Shown: positions 1 to 12,813, counted from the stretch's first letter. The stretch: 64,000 bases of DNA from Octopus sinensis (GCF_006345805.1 NC_043024.1:11222001-11286000); one strand, 5' to 3'. A program made the numbers and translations. Notes: generated by a model not told the origin, from the letters alone.

Positions 1-569
1 TTTATTAATCTTAATCAAATAATTAAAAATTTAATTTTATCTTCAATAAAATTAATCTGTCATTAACAGAACTGAAAAAATTTGTATGACTTAATCATGA
101 ATTCGTTAGTTTTAAATATATTGAAAATCATTAATTAGCATTACTTAATCCCAAAAGACAAAAAAAAAAAATTATATATATATACAGAGGATAATTTCAA
201 CCAAAATATAAATAACATCACATTTTTTCAATTTTATTTTTAAATTTTAAAAAAATTTCACGTACAACTTAAAATTCATTCTATAAAATAGACATAATTT
301 TAATAGCAGCTTTTGTTTTTTTTGTTAACCTAATGGAAACATTATACCATATTTTTAGTAAGATCAACTAGTAATGTTTCTAAACAAAGGAGTTAGCTGG
401 TATCAGTATCATTCTGCTTTTTAATCACGTTGCCTCTATTACTAAACCATAATTCTTTTTTTTTTAATACTATTAATAACTAACTTTAACTAAAGAATCT
501 GAAATGACTAAAAACAATCACATTTCGTAACATAACTTGATAGATATTTCTGTTTTCTTTTCAACTTAC

Positions 570-594
570 CTCCATAAGATCTTGGTGATACTTG
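570..594 (-). CDS. boule: boule 25-nt microexon E6: QVSPRSYG(x)
   Basis: Long pyrimidine acceptor attttctttttctttctttccag and donor GAG|gtaagt. In frame with E5, giving RKQ-QVSPRS (human RKQQVGIPRS). Confidence 0.85.
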
Positions 595-980
595 CTGGAA
601 AGAAAGAAAAAGAAAATAAGTGGTTTTGTTGTTGAAAACAATAAATCAATTTAATTTACTTTTCTGGAGAAACAGAGAGAAATTAAAATCCTGATTTTAA
701 TAATGTTTACATATCATAAAATCGAGGGCGACACAATTGAAGACCATCTTATGTCAGTCTAACAGAACCTCTGTAGTTCCAAGACATTCCTCATAGAACA
801 ATTCAACTCAGCATTGTGAACCTAACAACAGATTCATAAAGTTTACAGGGTTGCCATTCCTTACATTAATGAAGTATACAACTAGGTTGGACTGTGTCGT
901 TAATAAAATTACTTTTGAGCCATGAACACATCACAGCAGCAGAGGCAGTACAAGCCATCAGACTTGCTACCCCATGACTG

Positions 981-1027
<47 letters not shown>

Positions 1028-1400
1028 GCGCGAAAGCCAATTACCTGAGGTTTCAACTCCATATTTCAATATAATTTTTGAAAACCTTCATATATATATT
1101 TAGTCATGCAGGAATTAACAGCACATGATAAAAAATTCCTTACCTCTGCAGCTCCCTGAGCATAAAGATCTGCAAGTAATTGTGTCGTCATATGAACCTG
1201 CGAATTTAACAAAAAAAAAATTATCGTTAATTGAACTAATTCATAAAGCTCTTTGCTCAATCAACATATTGCTAACACAGAAAAATGCATGCACGCATGC
1301 ACACACACATATGTATACACACACACACAACAACATATATTAGAAGGAAGTAGAAAGACTATTTTGTAAATATAACAAGAATTCTCTTTTGATGTGAATC

Positions 1401-1779
1401 TTACTCTTTTACTTCTTTCAGTCATTTGACTGTGGGCCATGCTGGAGCACAGCCTTTAGTCGAGCAAATCGACACCCAGGACTTATTCTATCGGTCTCTT
1501 TCGCCAAACCACTAAGTTACGGGGACGTAAACACACAAACATCGGTTGTCAAGCGATGTTGGGGGTCAAACACAGATACACAAACATATACACACATATA
1601 CATATACATATATACGACGGGCTTCTTTCAGTTTCCGTCTACCAAAATCCAGTCACAAGGCTTTGGTCGGTTCAAGGCTATAGTAGAAGACACTTGCCCA
1701 AGGTGCCACGCAGTGGGACTGAACCCAGAACCATGTGGTTGGTAAGCAAGCTACTTACCACACAGCCACTCCTGCGCCT
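1401..1779 (-). mobile_element. tRNA-headed SINE family A
   Basis: Head AGGCGCAGGAGTGGCTGTGTGGTAAG with B-box GGTTCAGTCCC, central (TG/TA)n, tail GACTGAAA(C)AAGTAAAAGAG. Confidence 0.9.
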
Positions 1780-1989
1780 ATATCTTGCAGAAGATAAAGA
1801 TATAGATAATAGGGGTAAGCACTGAGTTACAAAATTCTTTGGAGAGAAAAACCCTAATGTTGCCCATGGAACCCAAATGTACATCTCCTACATCAAAGTT
1901 TGTAAATTCTCGTGACGTGCTAATAACAATATTTCTTTGTGCAAGAGATTAACTAAATCCTGCATCCTAGGATAACTACTGACCTCCTG

Positions 1990-2420
1990 TCATCATCATC
2001 GTTTAGTGTCCGCTTTCCATGCTAGCATGGGTTGGACGGTTCAACTGGGGTCTGGAAAGCCAGGAGGCTGCACCAGGCTCAGTCTGATCTGGTAATGTTT
2101 CTATAGCTGGATGCCCTTCCTAACGCCAACCACTCCATGAGTGTAGTGGGTGCTTTTTACCTGCCACCAGCACAGGTGCCAGACAAGGCTGGCAAACGGC
2201 CACGATAGGATGGTGCTTTTTATGTGCCACCGGCACGGAGGCCAGGCAAGGCTGGCAACGGCCACAATCGGATGGTGCTTTTTATGTGCCACCGGCACGG
2301 AGGCCAGGCAAGGCTGGCAACGGCCACGATAGGATGGTGCTTTTTATGTGCCACCGGCACTGAGGTCAGGAGAGGCGGGCAACGGCCACAATTGGATGGT
2401 GCTTTTTACAGTCACTTGTG
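1990..2420 (-). mobile_element. family C retroposon ((GAT)n tail) with internal 62-bp tandem repeat, 4 copies
   Basis: CATCATC...TTTCCATGCTAGCATGGGTTGGAC...GATGCCCTTCCTAACGCCAACCAC; GGATGGTGCTTTT recurs at 2208, 2270, 2332 and 2394. Confidence 0.85.
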
Positions 2421-2700
2421 CCAAACCAAAACAAATTTTTTTAAAATGGGACTAGCTCAGCACAAACCATGCCCACTAAAATGATACCATTACACTGGTT
2501 ATTCAGCAAACCAAGACACCAGTAGTTCCAACACACTGTATCTCACTGAACCTTCAATCATCTAAGCAACAAAAGAGTTCACACAGACACATTCCTTTCT
2601 ACATCAAGAGTCAAACATCATATCATATTTGAAAGCCATTTTTACAAAACTTAGAAGGAGTTTATTTTTCACTATAAAATCAAGGACATTGAGTCAGCAC

Positions 2701-2760
2701 CTGTTTTCTAATGGCTGGTCCAATATTTAGTTTTCTGTCTTTGAAAATTAAATTTTCAGC
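2701..2760 (-). CDS. boule: boule coding exon E5: AENLIFKDRKLNIGPAIRKQ (end of RRM)
   Basis: 60 nt, acceptor ttttctttttcttcag, donor CAG|gtgctg. KLNIGPAIRKQ is the diagnostic Boule C-terminal RRM motif. Confidence 0.97.
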
Positions 2761-3404
2761 CTGAAGAAAAAGAAAATAAGAAAATAAACATACATTTATT
2801 GATGCAATCAAATTTAGTTCAAGATTAAAATAAAATAAAAGAGAAAGATTCAAACTGATAAATAATCTGTTGGATTAAAAATTCTATAAAAAAAATAAGC
2901 TGCTGTTTTTTCTTTTCTTACATATTGCCATTGAGAATGTTATGTGATGTTTTATTAAAACATTCAAAGATTTACAAAAAAAATGAAATATACATTATTT
3001 TTCCCTTTCATATAGTTTTCTGTGATAGCAACACATGGATTGATGTATAAATCTAGAATATTTTTCTTTTACTTTTGTGTGCGTGTGTGTGTCTGAAGAG
3101 GAAAGGATGTTCTGATCATCACTCAGGAAAATAAAAAGAGTGACCAGATAAACTTGGTGCAATGTAGAATGTCAGTGCAAATGCTGGAACACAAAAGACA
3201 TATCTAAAAGACAACCGTTGTACAAAAGAACCAACTGCCCATTCTAATAGCTAAGCAGTTGAGCAAAAAATGTAGGAACCTTTACAAATTAACAGTCAAA
3301 TCGCCATCAAATTACTACACCCTGCCATCTTCAAAAGGGGAAGTCACAGTAATGGAATGAGATCCCTACTAATTATAAGTTTACACATAATTACTTTTGT
3401 TGCA

Positions 3405-3722
3405 TTGTGGGGACTTGTGTGCCTAAATGACCCCCAAGAGCTATGCCAGCGAAGTGCAAGCTTCTAGTAGGGCCTGCTCCCATGCTGGACAAGTCAATGA
3501 AGAGAAACCAGACTAATAAGGATCATCACTCCCCATAGGTACAAAATGGGTTTGTGTAGGGCTGATACCCTACCAAGGAAGAAGCTTCTATGACAATTCA
3601 AAGCCAACAAGACTTAAAAGAGGAAAGCCTTCTCTAAGGGAAAGAGAGCGCAGAGTTGAGAACATTGGAGAAAAGTCATTGGTAGCCTATGCTCCACAGG
3701 GAATGAAGTGCTTAAGTAAGTA
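3405..3722 (+). mobile_element. bipartite RTE-derived non-autonomous retroposon (copy 1)
   Basis: 5' part GAGCTATGCCAGC...CCCATGCTGGACAAGTCAA resembles RTE 5' UTRs; 3' part ends CTATGCTCCACAGGGAATGAAGTGCTTAAGTAAGT, an RTE-type tail. Confidence 0.55.
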
Positions 3723-3883
3723 GTCAAGACTGACTGGAGACTAAATAGTCAAGTAAAAACTAATAGCAGTTAGGTAAATCAATTGTAACAATTCTATAGA
3801 CAGGTTTACATCATGGACATAAAGCACTTAGCAACTACACCCTAAAAACACATGACATCTTTTCATATATCATTAATATATTA

Positions 3884-3892
3884 TTATTATTA

Positions 3893-3936
<44 letters not shown>

Positions 3937-3962
3937 TACTACTACTACTATTACTATTATTA
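3884..3962. repeat. (ATT)n/(ACT)n microsatellite
   Basis: Direct reading. Confidence 0.95.
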
Positions 3963-4139
3963 AACTTAGCAAAACAAAAATTAAAATGTTTAAGTTTTCT
4001 TTTTTTTTGAGTAAATAATTAAAATGAAACTAACTTATTGGCAGTAACAGAAAAATATTTTCCAAGTAATAAGATCATAACTTCAGTGGGAAGTTGTAAT
4101 TAATTGATTTAATAGAATCCAGGTATATCACTCGTGCTT

Positions 4140-4814
4140 ATCTCACCCACTTCCCTTTCACCAAGCCACTGTTTACGACGTTTAACATTTCAATAGAAGA
4201 GCCATTTTTTGTTACTAGTCACAAGTCTATCCAAAAAGGGTGAAATGAGTTTGCGAGAATGGAAAGAAGAGCTGATGTCAACTCGGGATTTGCGGTTGCT
4301 TTCAGACAATTCATGAGGCACCCATTTTCCAAGTTTAGGAAACTTTCCAAGTTGTTGAAGATGACGATGAACAGTTGTATGGTTTGAACTAAGCTTTATT
4401 GCCAATTCTTCAACTGATAATGCAGGATTTTCTTCAAGTAATGCCTCAAGGAGCTTATCATCAAACTCAACTGGATGTCCTATTCGATAATCATCTTCAA
4501 AGCTGAAATCTCCACTTCTGAATTTTGCAAGTTCTTTCATTCAAGCATTCTTTCCCATAAACTGAGTCTATGTTTCAAGTCACTTCAGCTGCAGAGTTTC
4601 CTTTTTTGTACTCATAAAGCATTTTGTGCCTTAAATGCTCTTTGGATACTTCCATGTTAGAAAGGGTTTTAATCAAAGAAATTTTAATTCTAGTTTAAAT
4701 ATACACAAATGAATGAAAATAATTTTTAATTCCATTAGACATTCTAAAATACTATTAAATTTCATTCAATTTTAAAAGAAGGTAAAATCGAACAGAACTT
4801 ATGGGATGATCTGA
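4140..4814 (-). mobile_element. mariner transposon relic (5' TIR plus N-terminal half of the transposase)
   Basis: ORF 4190-4540 has the mariner WVPHEL motif, HTH region and FLDRLVTSNKKW (degenerate first catalytic D). The end reads TA|TCAGATCATCCCATAAGTTCTGTTC at 4814. Stops and truncation present. Confidence 0.92.
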
Positions 4815-5650
4815 TAAAATAAGTTAACAATTCTAGTTTTTATTCTTTCTATAGAAAGAAAAATTGTCAGGAATAAATATCTTTAAATGTGTCAAAGTAA
4901 CTTAGACATTTCTATTTTAATTTCTTATAAATCAATGCAATTTTTATTTGATTTTGCAACATCCTAACATCAACAAATATAGAAGCATCACAGAAGTAAA
5001 AACACACATGCTCTCTCTCTTCCTCTCTCCCCCCTCTCTCTCTCCCTCAACTTCTCTTTCTCTCCCTCTCGCTCTCACACATACACACATACAAATGAAC
5101 AAGTGCGCACACACACACACACACATCCCACAGAAAATCACAATACAAAAAAATACTTGAATGGTGACAGTTGACTCAAGTTTGAAACCAAAAAAAAAAC
5201 ACTTCACATTCAAACTATCCCCATTTTCTTCTTCCTCCTCTTCATCACTACAACCACCATCACCATCATCATCGTCATAATAATTAATATGTAATTTTCC
5301 ATGCTTGCAAGAACCACAACTGGCTGGGTCAGACAGATGCCTAGTGACCCTGCTACCACTGTTCCATCCAACATAATCATCGTCCTTTGTCAAGTCCTAG
5401 GACTCACTCCAAAGGCCAGTTCAGTTACCCAGTTTCCATGGTGTGACTGAGACCACAACATCCTCCCTTCAATGGACACACCTGTCCATCACAAGCTTTA
5501 CTCATTTACAACTGAACCGCCTGAAACAACATCACCCAGTTTAGGAATCAAAACAAGGATCTTACGATTGTGTCCTAAACACCTTAATTACTTCTCATGC
5601 AACCAGCTGTAAGTAAGTACCATGATATAACTTGCAATATTTCACCCCTA

Positions 5651-5872
5651 GGGTGGCAAGCTGGCAGAATCTTTAGCATACCAGTGAAAATGCTTAGCAG
5701 TATTGTCTGTCTGTCTCTATGTCCTGAGTTCAAATTCTGCTGAGGTTAGACTTTGCCTTTCATCTTTTCGGTGTTGATAAAATAAGTAACAGTGAAACAC
5801 TGGGGTTGATGTAATTGATTTACCCACAAACCACAAAGTTGCTGGCCTTGTGCCAAATTTTGAAACCAATAT
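5651..5872 (+). mobile_element. SINE family B, diverged
   Basis: GGCAAGCTGGCAGAA head, GAGTTCAAAT B-box, core TTGCCTTTCATC.TTTCGG.GT.GATAA. Confidence 0.75.
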
Positions 5873-6321
5873 TCTATCTATTTCATCCCAACTTGTGTGT
5901 CTAAAGCTTGGAGGCTCATCTTTTACATGAAAGATAAGCTAATAATAACAGTGCCTTAAATGTGATGCTGTTACGTTCAATGAAGGCATAACCATACAAG
6001 CCAGAGGTTCTGTAACAAGAAGAGATTAACAAACTGTGCAACATGAACTTGGGATGCTAAAATAATACAGCTGGGGATATGTAATATATATCAATATTAT
6101 TGTTATTGTTCAGCCCTTGGTTAGACCTGACTGAGCAAGATCTCTGCATACAAAGCACTCTCATCTTTTAGCTTTCACATATATAGTATTTATTGTATTT
6201 ATAACTGTATTCTCCAATGTGTCCTTTATTTATCAAAAGATTCCTTTTAAGGGAGATTTGGCTGCTATTACTAGCAGGTCAAGTGAGATGCTCCTGTCTC
6301 ACCACACAGGCATAACATTTT

Positions 6322-6550
6322 GGCAAGAGCTGGCAGAACTGTTAGCACGCCGGGCGAAATGCTTAGCGGTATTTTGTCTGCCGTTACGTTCTGAGTTCAA
6401 ATTCCGCCGAGGTCGACTTTGCCTTTCATCCTTTCGGGGTCGATAAATTAAGTACCAGTTTCGCACTAGGGTCGATATAATCGCCTTAATCCGTATGTTT
6501 GTCCTTGTTTGTCCCCTCTGTGTTTAGCCCCTTGTGGGTGGTAAAGAAAG
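6322..6550 (+). mobile_element. SINE family B with 21-bp flanking duplication
   Basis: Core GAGGTCGACTTTGCCTTTCATCCTTTCGGGGTCGATAAATTAAGTACC; repeat AGGCATAAC(A/G)TTTTGGCAAGA at 6308-6328 and 6551-6571. Confidence 0.92.
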
Positions 6551-7059
6551 AGGCATAACGTTTTGGCAAGATGGTGTAAAGCAAAATGTTATATATTTCA
6601 GCTGAAACAGGGAGTGGCAACTGGAGATAGAACACTACTGTACACACCTAACGAACCCATGCCAGTATGGAAAACATTAAACAGATGATGGCAAGATGCT
6701 TGCTTTACTGTCACACTGTTCCACTTCTAAAATCTATGAACCAAGCCTTTCTTTCCCCAACCCCACAGCAAGTGCAACACTTATGAATATTAAGAGGAAG
6801 GCAACTCTATGAAACTATGTGAAACTACACGTCTAGATCAAGTAACAAAAAACAAACAAATCAACAGTTCATGAAATAAAACCAACAAGTTAGTTATCTG
6901 GCACCAAAAAAAAAACACACATTAACTTTTTATGTTCATCAAACAAATGACTGTTCCTAAAACATGATTGATCTGTAAGTGAGAGAGACTGTACTAGAAA
7001 TTTCCTCATAAGTACGTACACACACAAACACACACACTCTCTCTCTCTCTCACTCATCA

Positions 7060-7325
7060 TCATCATCATCATCATCATTCGACCGTGGTCGAGGCGATGG
7101 AATTAACTGTTACGCCAGACTTCACGGTCCATCATAGCATTGTGGAGGTCCTGTTGCTGGATGCCTGTATCCCTGGAGATTACATCAGGGTAGGAGAGTG
7201 TGCACCCTCTGGTATTGCGAGTAGATGGCTTCCAGAGGAGAAGAGTAGAAATTGCCTCTTTTTCAGCTCTACAACAATGTCCAGCAAACTGGACTCTCCT
7301 ACCTTTCACAAGAGATGACTCACTC
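7060..7325 (-). mobile_element. RTE LINE 3'-end fragment, family D (copy 1)
   Basis: Encodes RRVQFAGHCCRAEKEAISTLLLWKPS...DREVWR with an (ATG)n tail. Confidence 0.85.
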
Positions 7326-7777
7326 ACTCAGTAAAATGAATTTCCACCAGTTTCTTGTGGAGAATTCGGTTTTACAATCAATTAAACTACTTACTCTATG
7401 CATCATAGTGAAAGTGAATCTCTATATATATAAACGGCAAAATGTCTGTGTGTGTGTGTGTGTCCTTTATACAAATTCACAATTTTTCAGTTAGAGGGCT
7501 CGCACTTTCTATGGTCAATCAAAACCGTCCATCTTTACATTTCCCCAGTCACCCAGCAAAGCCATTAAAAAATCAATAGAAGTGACCTTTTTGTGAATTT
7601 TCTATCCAAAACCCAATCAAAATGCCCGAAACTTGATACGCCAATTGAATGCCAGCTAACTGTATGTGATTGGTCGGAGATTTGGACAGTACTCGCGTGT
7701 ATGTGCGCACGCACGCAGCTGTATATGCATGCGCTAGCACTATGACCCAGCAACGCCGGGTCATAGTGCTAGTCTTC

Positions 7778-8160
7778 TTTTATTTGTTTCAGTCACTGGA
7801 CTGTTGTGGCCATGCTGGAGCACTGCCCTGAAGGTCTAAGTCAAACAAATCAACCCCAGTACTTGTTTTTTAAGTCTTCGGACTTATTCTATTGGTCCAT
7901 TTTGCTGCTACGTTATGGGAACGTACACAAACCAACACTGGTTATTAGGCGGTGGTGAGGAACAAAGATATACACATCTACACACGTGCATGTGTGTAAC
8001 AAATTTCTTTCAGTTTCCTGTCTATCAAATTCACTCAGAAGGTACTTGTGTGCCCAGGGTCTAACATATAAGATATTTGCCCATGGTGCAGTGCAGTGGG
8101 GATCCAAGACCACGTGATTGCAATGTGAGCTGCTTAACTGCCCAGCCAAGCCTGCCTGAG
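7778..8160 (-). mobile_element. SINE family A, diverged
   Basis: Colinear similarity to 1401-1779. Confidence 0.75.
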
Positions 8161-9768
8161 TATTCCACAAACATTTACACTTTAATGTAATTCTCAGATA
8201 GAATTAGTGTAACACGGCTGGCCCTTTGAATTACAAGTGCAGGCCATTCAACAGGGTTTTTCAAGTAAGTAGAAGAAAACTTGCTACAGATACTTTACAG
8301 TAGGACTGACTCCAAAACCACCTTGTGGTGAAGCTAACACTTTAGTCGCACAGCCATGCCTGCCAGTTGACAAGATCTTGGACAAGATACATCTGCACTG
8401 AAAACAACAAACCAGCTGCTAAAATTGTTTTGACACTAAGTCCAAGGCAGATTAAATGTGAGCTGAACAAGAATTTGACACTTTTGAAGAAAATTCGTCC
8501 AAAGGCTGCTTCATGAGTTTAGCTCAAAATCATGTTATCATCTAAATTGAACTCCAATTTAATTAACGATCCACTAAGAATGGTTCTATAAAATACCTGG
8601 GCAAAAAGTTTACCTGAAAAAATCTGAAAGTGATGAAATAATCCTGGAGTTGAATGATTACATCTATAGTGATGCCATATTGGAAATCTCCAGCACGCAT
8701 CCGCAGGGTTGGATGGAGTCTTCCGGAAGGCCTGCTGGAAGTTCCCTCATGTGCATGCGCAGAAAACTAGCAGCAGCGAAATTCTCTTGTATCGCTCTCT
8801 TGGACGCCAGCAGCTGAACAAGACAGATGTGTCTCCAGCAGCTCTCTCACGCTGCTACCTCGTGGTGCATCCCCGCTATGCTTGAACGGGCAGGATTGAC
8901 TCACTCCACTAGACTACTCCCGATAAGCTCCTAGGTTGCCGGTTTGCCCAGAGGAAGGAAATGTTTATATTGCAAATCAAAGAATGAATATTTATACTGT
9001 TGAAGTTAATTAGAAATCTTGACTCTTTCTTCGATTAATATTTAATGTAAAGGATGCGAGCTGCACCCATCAAGTGCGGGAATCTCTCATCCTGTTACAC
9101 ATCAATATATCAGTAATTGAGTTGTTACTGTTAGAATTGGGATCTGTGCTGCAGGTCATCTTGTGCAACATTTTTGTACTTCATGAAGAAGGTCAACAAC
9201 ACTTTCAGGGGTAGGGATTAGTCAATTGCATCACCCTCAAGGCTCAACTGAAACTTATTTCATCAACCTCAAACTCATTAAGGAAAAACAATAAATCAAC
9301 CTTGACCAATTCACCTAACCCTGACTTCGGATGAAATACCACCAAGCATTTTGTCTGGCACACTAATAATTTTGCCAACTTGCTGCTTTCAGAGAGTCAA
9401 AAGGGTATGTTCAATAAAGAATTTCTGTTTAAGTGGCCATAATGAGGTACCTGCTAATTACAGTTCAAGACGAAAGACATGGGTATTGCTGTTTCAAGTA
9501 AAGCCTTTCTTTAGAGAGAAATTATTTAAATGATCATAATACCACTAAGCAGCTAAGTTTGGAAACTTCTCTCCAAAGAATGACTTTGATCAAAATATTC
9601 ATGTCTCCCTACAGAATATCAACTCATCTTAAGTTTGCAAACTTTTAGAGAAACCAGTAATCTTCCATTGTTTGGTATCTTCATCATCAAACACCCATTT
9701 TTCATGCTGGCATGGATTGGAAAGTGCAATTGGAGACTGTGAACCAGAGAGTTGCACCACCAGCTCCA

Positions 9769-9930
9769 TCATCATCATCATTGTTCGACCGTGGTCGAGA
9801 CGATGGAATTTACCATGCTACGCCAGACTTCACAGTCCATCATGGCATTACGGAGGTCCTGTTGCTGGATGCCTGTATCCCTGGAGATTATATCAGGGTA
9901 GGAGAGTGTGCACCCTCTGGTATTGCGAGT
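9769..9930 (-). mobile_element. RTE LINE 3'-end fragment, family D (copy 2), nested in a family C repeat
   Basis: Near-identical to 7060-7225; flanked by direct repeat AGCTCCA at 9762-9768 and 9931-9937. Confidence 0.85.
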
Positions 9931-10591
9931 AGCTCCACTGTCTACTTCAACATGGTTTCTGTGGCTGGAAAGCCCTTCCTAACACCAACCACTTTACAAA
10001 GTGTACTGTGTGTTTTTCACACGGTACCAGCACTAGTAATTTCATTCATATCCAGAATATTCTACGAGAAATATCAAATGGATCCCTATTACCTGACTGG
10101 TGCTATATTTTATCTACACTTTTCATCTACACTAGAATAATGAATGGTTAAATTGACCTCAACAGGATGTAAGGCCCAGGACTGAAAAGACTAACAAAAT
10201 ATTCTAAGTCTTTAATCCAATGCTTTAACAATTCTGTCAATTCCCTTAATCAAAAGGTGTCAGATGGTGTCCATAATTCTGACTTTTGTAGCCAATAAAA
10301 ATAGCTGGGATGAATTTGATGCATTAAGCAAGCAACCCAGAAGATATATTTTTTTATTTCACTATTGTAAAAGTTAGTCAGGTTTTGTTACATTGTTTTT
10401 CTAGTGTTTTAAAATTTTACATTTTGTTTAGGCTCAGGATAGGATTTAGATGATTAGCAGGGAGAACATCAAAGTCAAAGGTACCAACATTGCTATTACT
10501 GGTAGGGGCTGGGGCTACAGCCACAGCTTTTGCAGGCTCTCTGATGCTAGTAAGATTGGTAAGTCAATGGAAAAGGTGTACACAGGGGAAG

Positions 10592-10820
10592 AATACCTAT
10601 TTCTTTACTACCCACAAGGGGCTAAACACAGAGAGGACAGACAAACAGATTAAGTCGATTATATCGACCCCAGTGCATAACTGGTACTTATTTAATTGAC
10701 CCCGAAAGGATGTAAGGCTAAGTCGACCTTGGCGGAATTTGAACTCAGAACATAACGGCAGACGCAATACGGCTACGCATTTCACCTGGCGTGCTAATGT
10801 TTCTGCCAGCTCGCCACCTT
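10592..10820 (-). mobile_element. SINE family B
   Basis: Reverse complement of 6322-6550. Confidence 0.9.
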
Positions 10821-12154
10821 ACAGGGGAAGAATGCCAGAGGGTTGATGCTCTGGAATGGAATGAGTGAACAATGAATTTGGTACTGATATGTCGGTATAT
10901 GAGAGAGAGTGTGTGGGGGAGAGATAGGTAAGTAGGTACACAGGAAATGGAGGAAGAGGAAGAGATAAGGAGAGAAGAGAGGGAAAAAAGTCAGAGGGAA
11001 AAAGATGAAGAGAGTGTGTGTATGCATGCATATATAAAAGTAGAAGGGCTTTATGATTTGTTATTTCCAGTTAAATGATTTCTCTAGTATTTGTCTATGT
11101 TCAACATTGAAGATTACACACAGTATAAAATTTTGAACATCTTGATTCCCCCCGCCTCCATCCTCACTCACACCTCTTCATTCATTCTCTCTCTCTTCCT
11201 TTAGACATTTGTATATGTTTGGTATTTGACTCTTTACCAAAGAAAACAATGTTTTTTTTTTCTATACTAAATATCATTTAATATGCAAGCTAATTAAATC
11301 ATCTTTATAAGGAGTTTACATGCTAAAAAAAAAGGAAACTTTATTTTGTTTCTTTTCTGAAAACATTTCAGCTATTTTCAACTTCTGTTTATATTTCCCC
11401 ACTCACCCTTCACCCATTCACTCTACAAGAGCATGAGAGTGAACGTGTGTGTGTGTGAGAGAGACAGAGATCACAGGTTCAAATGTTATAAGTGAAATGA
11501 AATGTTATCTGGTTCCTGTCATGATTCTGTCAATGAAATATGTAACCAGACAAAAGTGAAAGAGTTCCAATTGCAAATCGAAACTAAATTGCATAATCTG
11601 CGTCTATCTAAGCAGCTATAAACAGGAGATTTGCTTATTTCCTGGTTGTTTCAACTTACACTACTCACCATTAAACTAAGCTTTCCCAACACAAAAAACG
11701 GAATAATAATCTGTTCAGCTTCTCCACTCACTCACTTCTAGGAGGGTTTTAGAGGTAGAGTCCTCAGGCACCTTCTCCATAGGGTCCTGGCAGAAGCGAC
11801 TGTCATTAGACTTTCTGGCTGGATTCCAAGTGTAACCAACTAAGACTATGGATATTATCCAACCATTTTCTTCTTCATCTATCCCTAAGCCGACCACTGG
11901 TTGGCTCAGCTTGATTCCTTCTTGTGACATTTTAATCACATTATTTACAGCACCAGGGCTGTGATCTCTCAATGCAGAGAAGTAGGAGCTGGGCCTGGAG
12001 AAACGTCCTGATCTCTGAGCTATATCCTTAGGGCACTAGTCTTGTATTTGCTAAATCTACAATTTAGATACATAACACTAAACATACTGTGGTAAGCACC
12101 AAGAGGATTTTAAGGAGCAGCATCTGGTCTTGGTTTCATGGAATTCAGTATCTT

Positions 12155-12618
12155 TTATCGTCTGTTTCAGTCATTATACTGTGGCCATGCTGGGGCACTG
12201 CCTGAAAGGGGTTTAGCTAAATAAACTTTTTATACTGTGGCCATGCTGGGGCACTGCCTGAAAGGGATTTAGCTAAATAAACTTTTATACTGTGGCCATG
12301 CTGGGGCACTGCCTGAAAGGGGTCTAGCTAAGTGAACTGACTCCAGCTTGGTATTTATTCTATCACTCTTTCACCAAACCAATAATTTATGGGGACATAA
12401 ACAAACCAGCATTGGCTGTTAAACAGTAATGGAAGACAAAAACACACACACACACATACAAAATGATGGGCTTCCACACAGTCTCTGTCTATTAAATTCA
12501 CCAACAAGGCATTAGTCAATCTGGGGCTACAGAAGAAGACACTTGTCCAAGGTATCATGCAGAGGGCTGAACCTGGAAACATGTGGCTGGAAAGCCAACT
12601 TCTTACCACGCACCCATG
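12155..12618 (-). mobile_element. SINE family A, diverged, with internal 55-bp triplication (12176-12335)
   Basis: TATACTGTGGCCATGCTGGGGCACTGCCTGAAAGGG repeated three times. Confidence 0.8.
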
Positions 12619-12813
12619 TCAAAATAAAAAAATTTTTAACTTTGACTATCAAACCCAGTTATCATCTTAGTCTGCTTTGTCACTGGAGATAGATTCTGAG
12701 ATTGAATTAGGTGATACGGTAACCCAGGGCTGACAGACAAGTGTCATGAGAATAAAGTAGGGAATAAACCAATTTCCCCACAAAGACAATAAATAAAGCA
12801 TGTGTAGTGGATT

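Noticed and set aside
2147-2410. CRISPR-like appearance of regularly spaced repeats
   Set aside because: Whole 62-bp units repeat with no unique spacers, no cas genes are present, and the context is eukaryotic.
4944-5393. 149-aa ORF with an acidic tract
   Set aside because: Built from (GAT/GAA)n and (TG/GA)n microsatellites; no splice-compatible link to boule.
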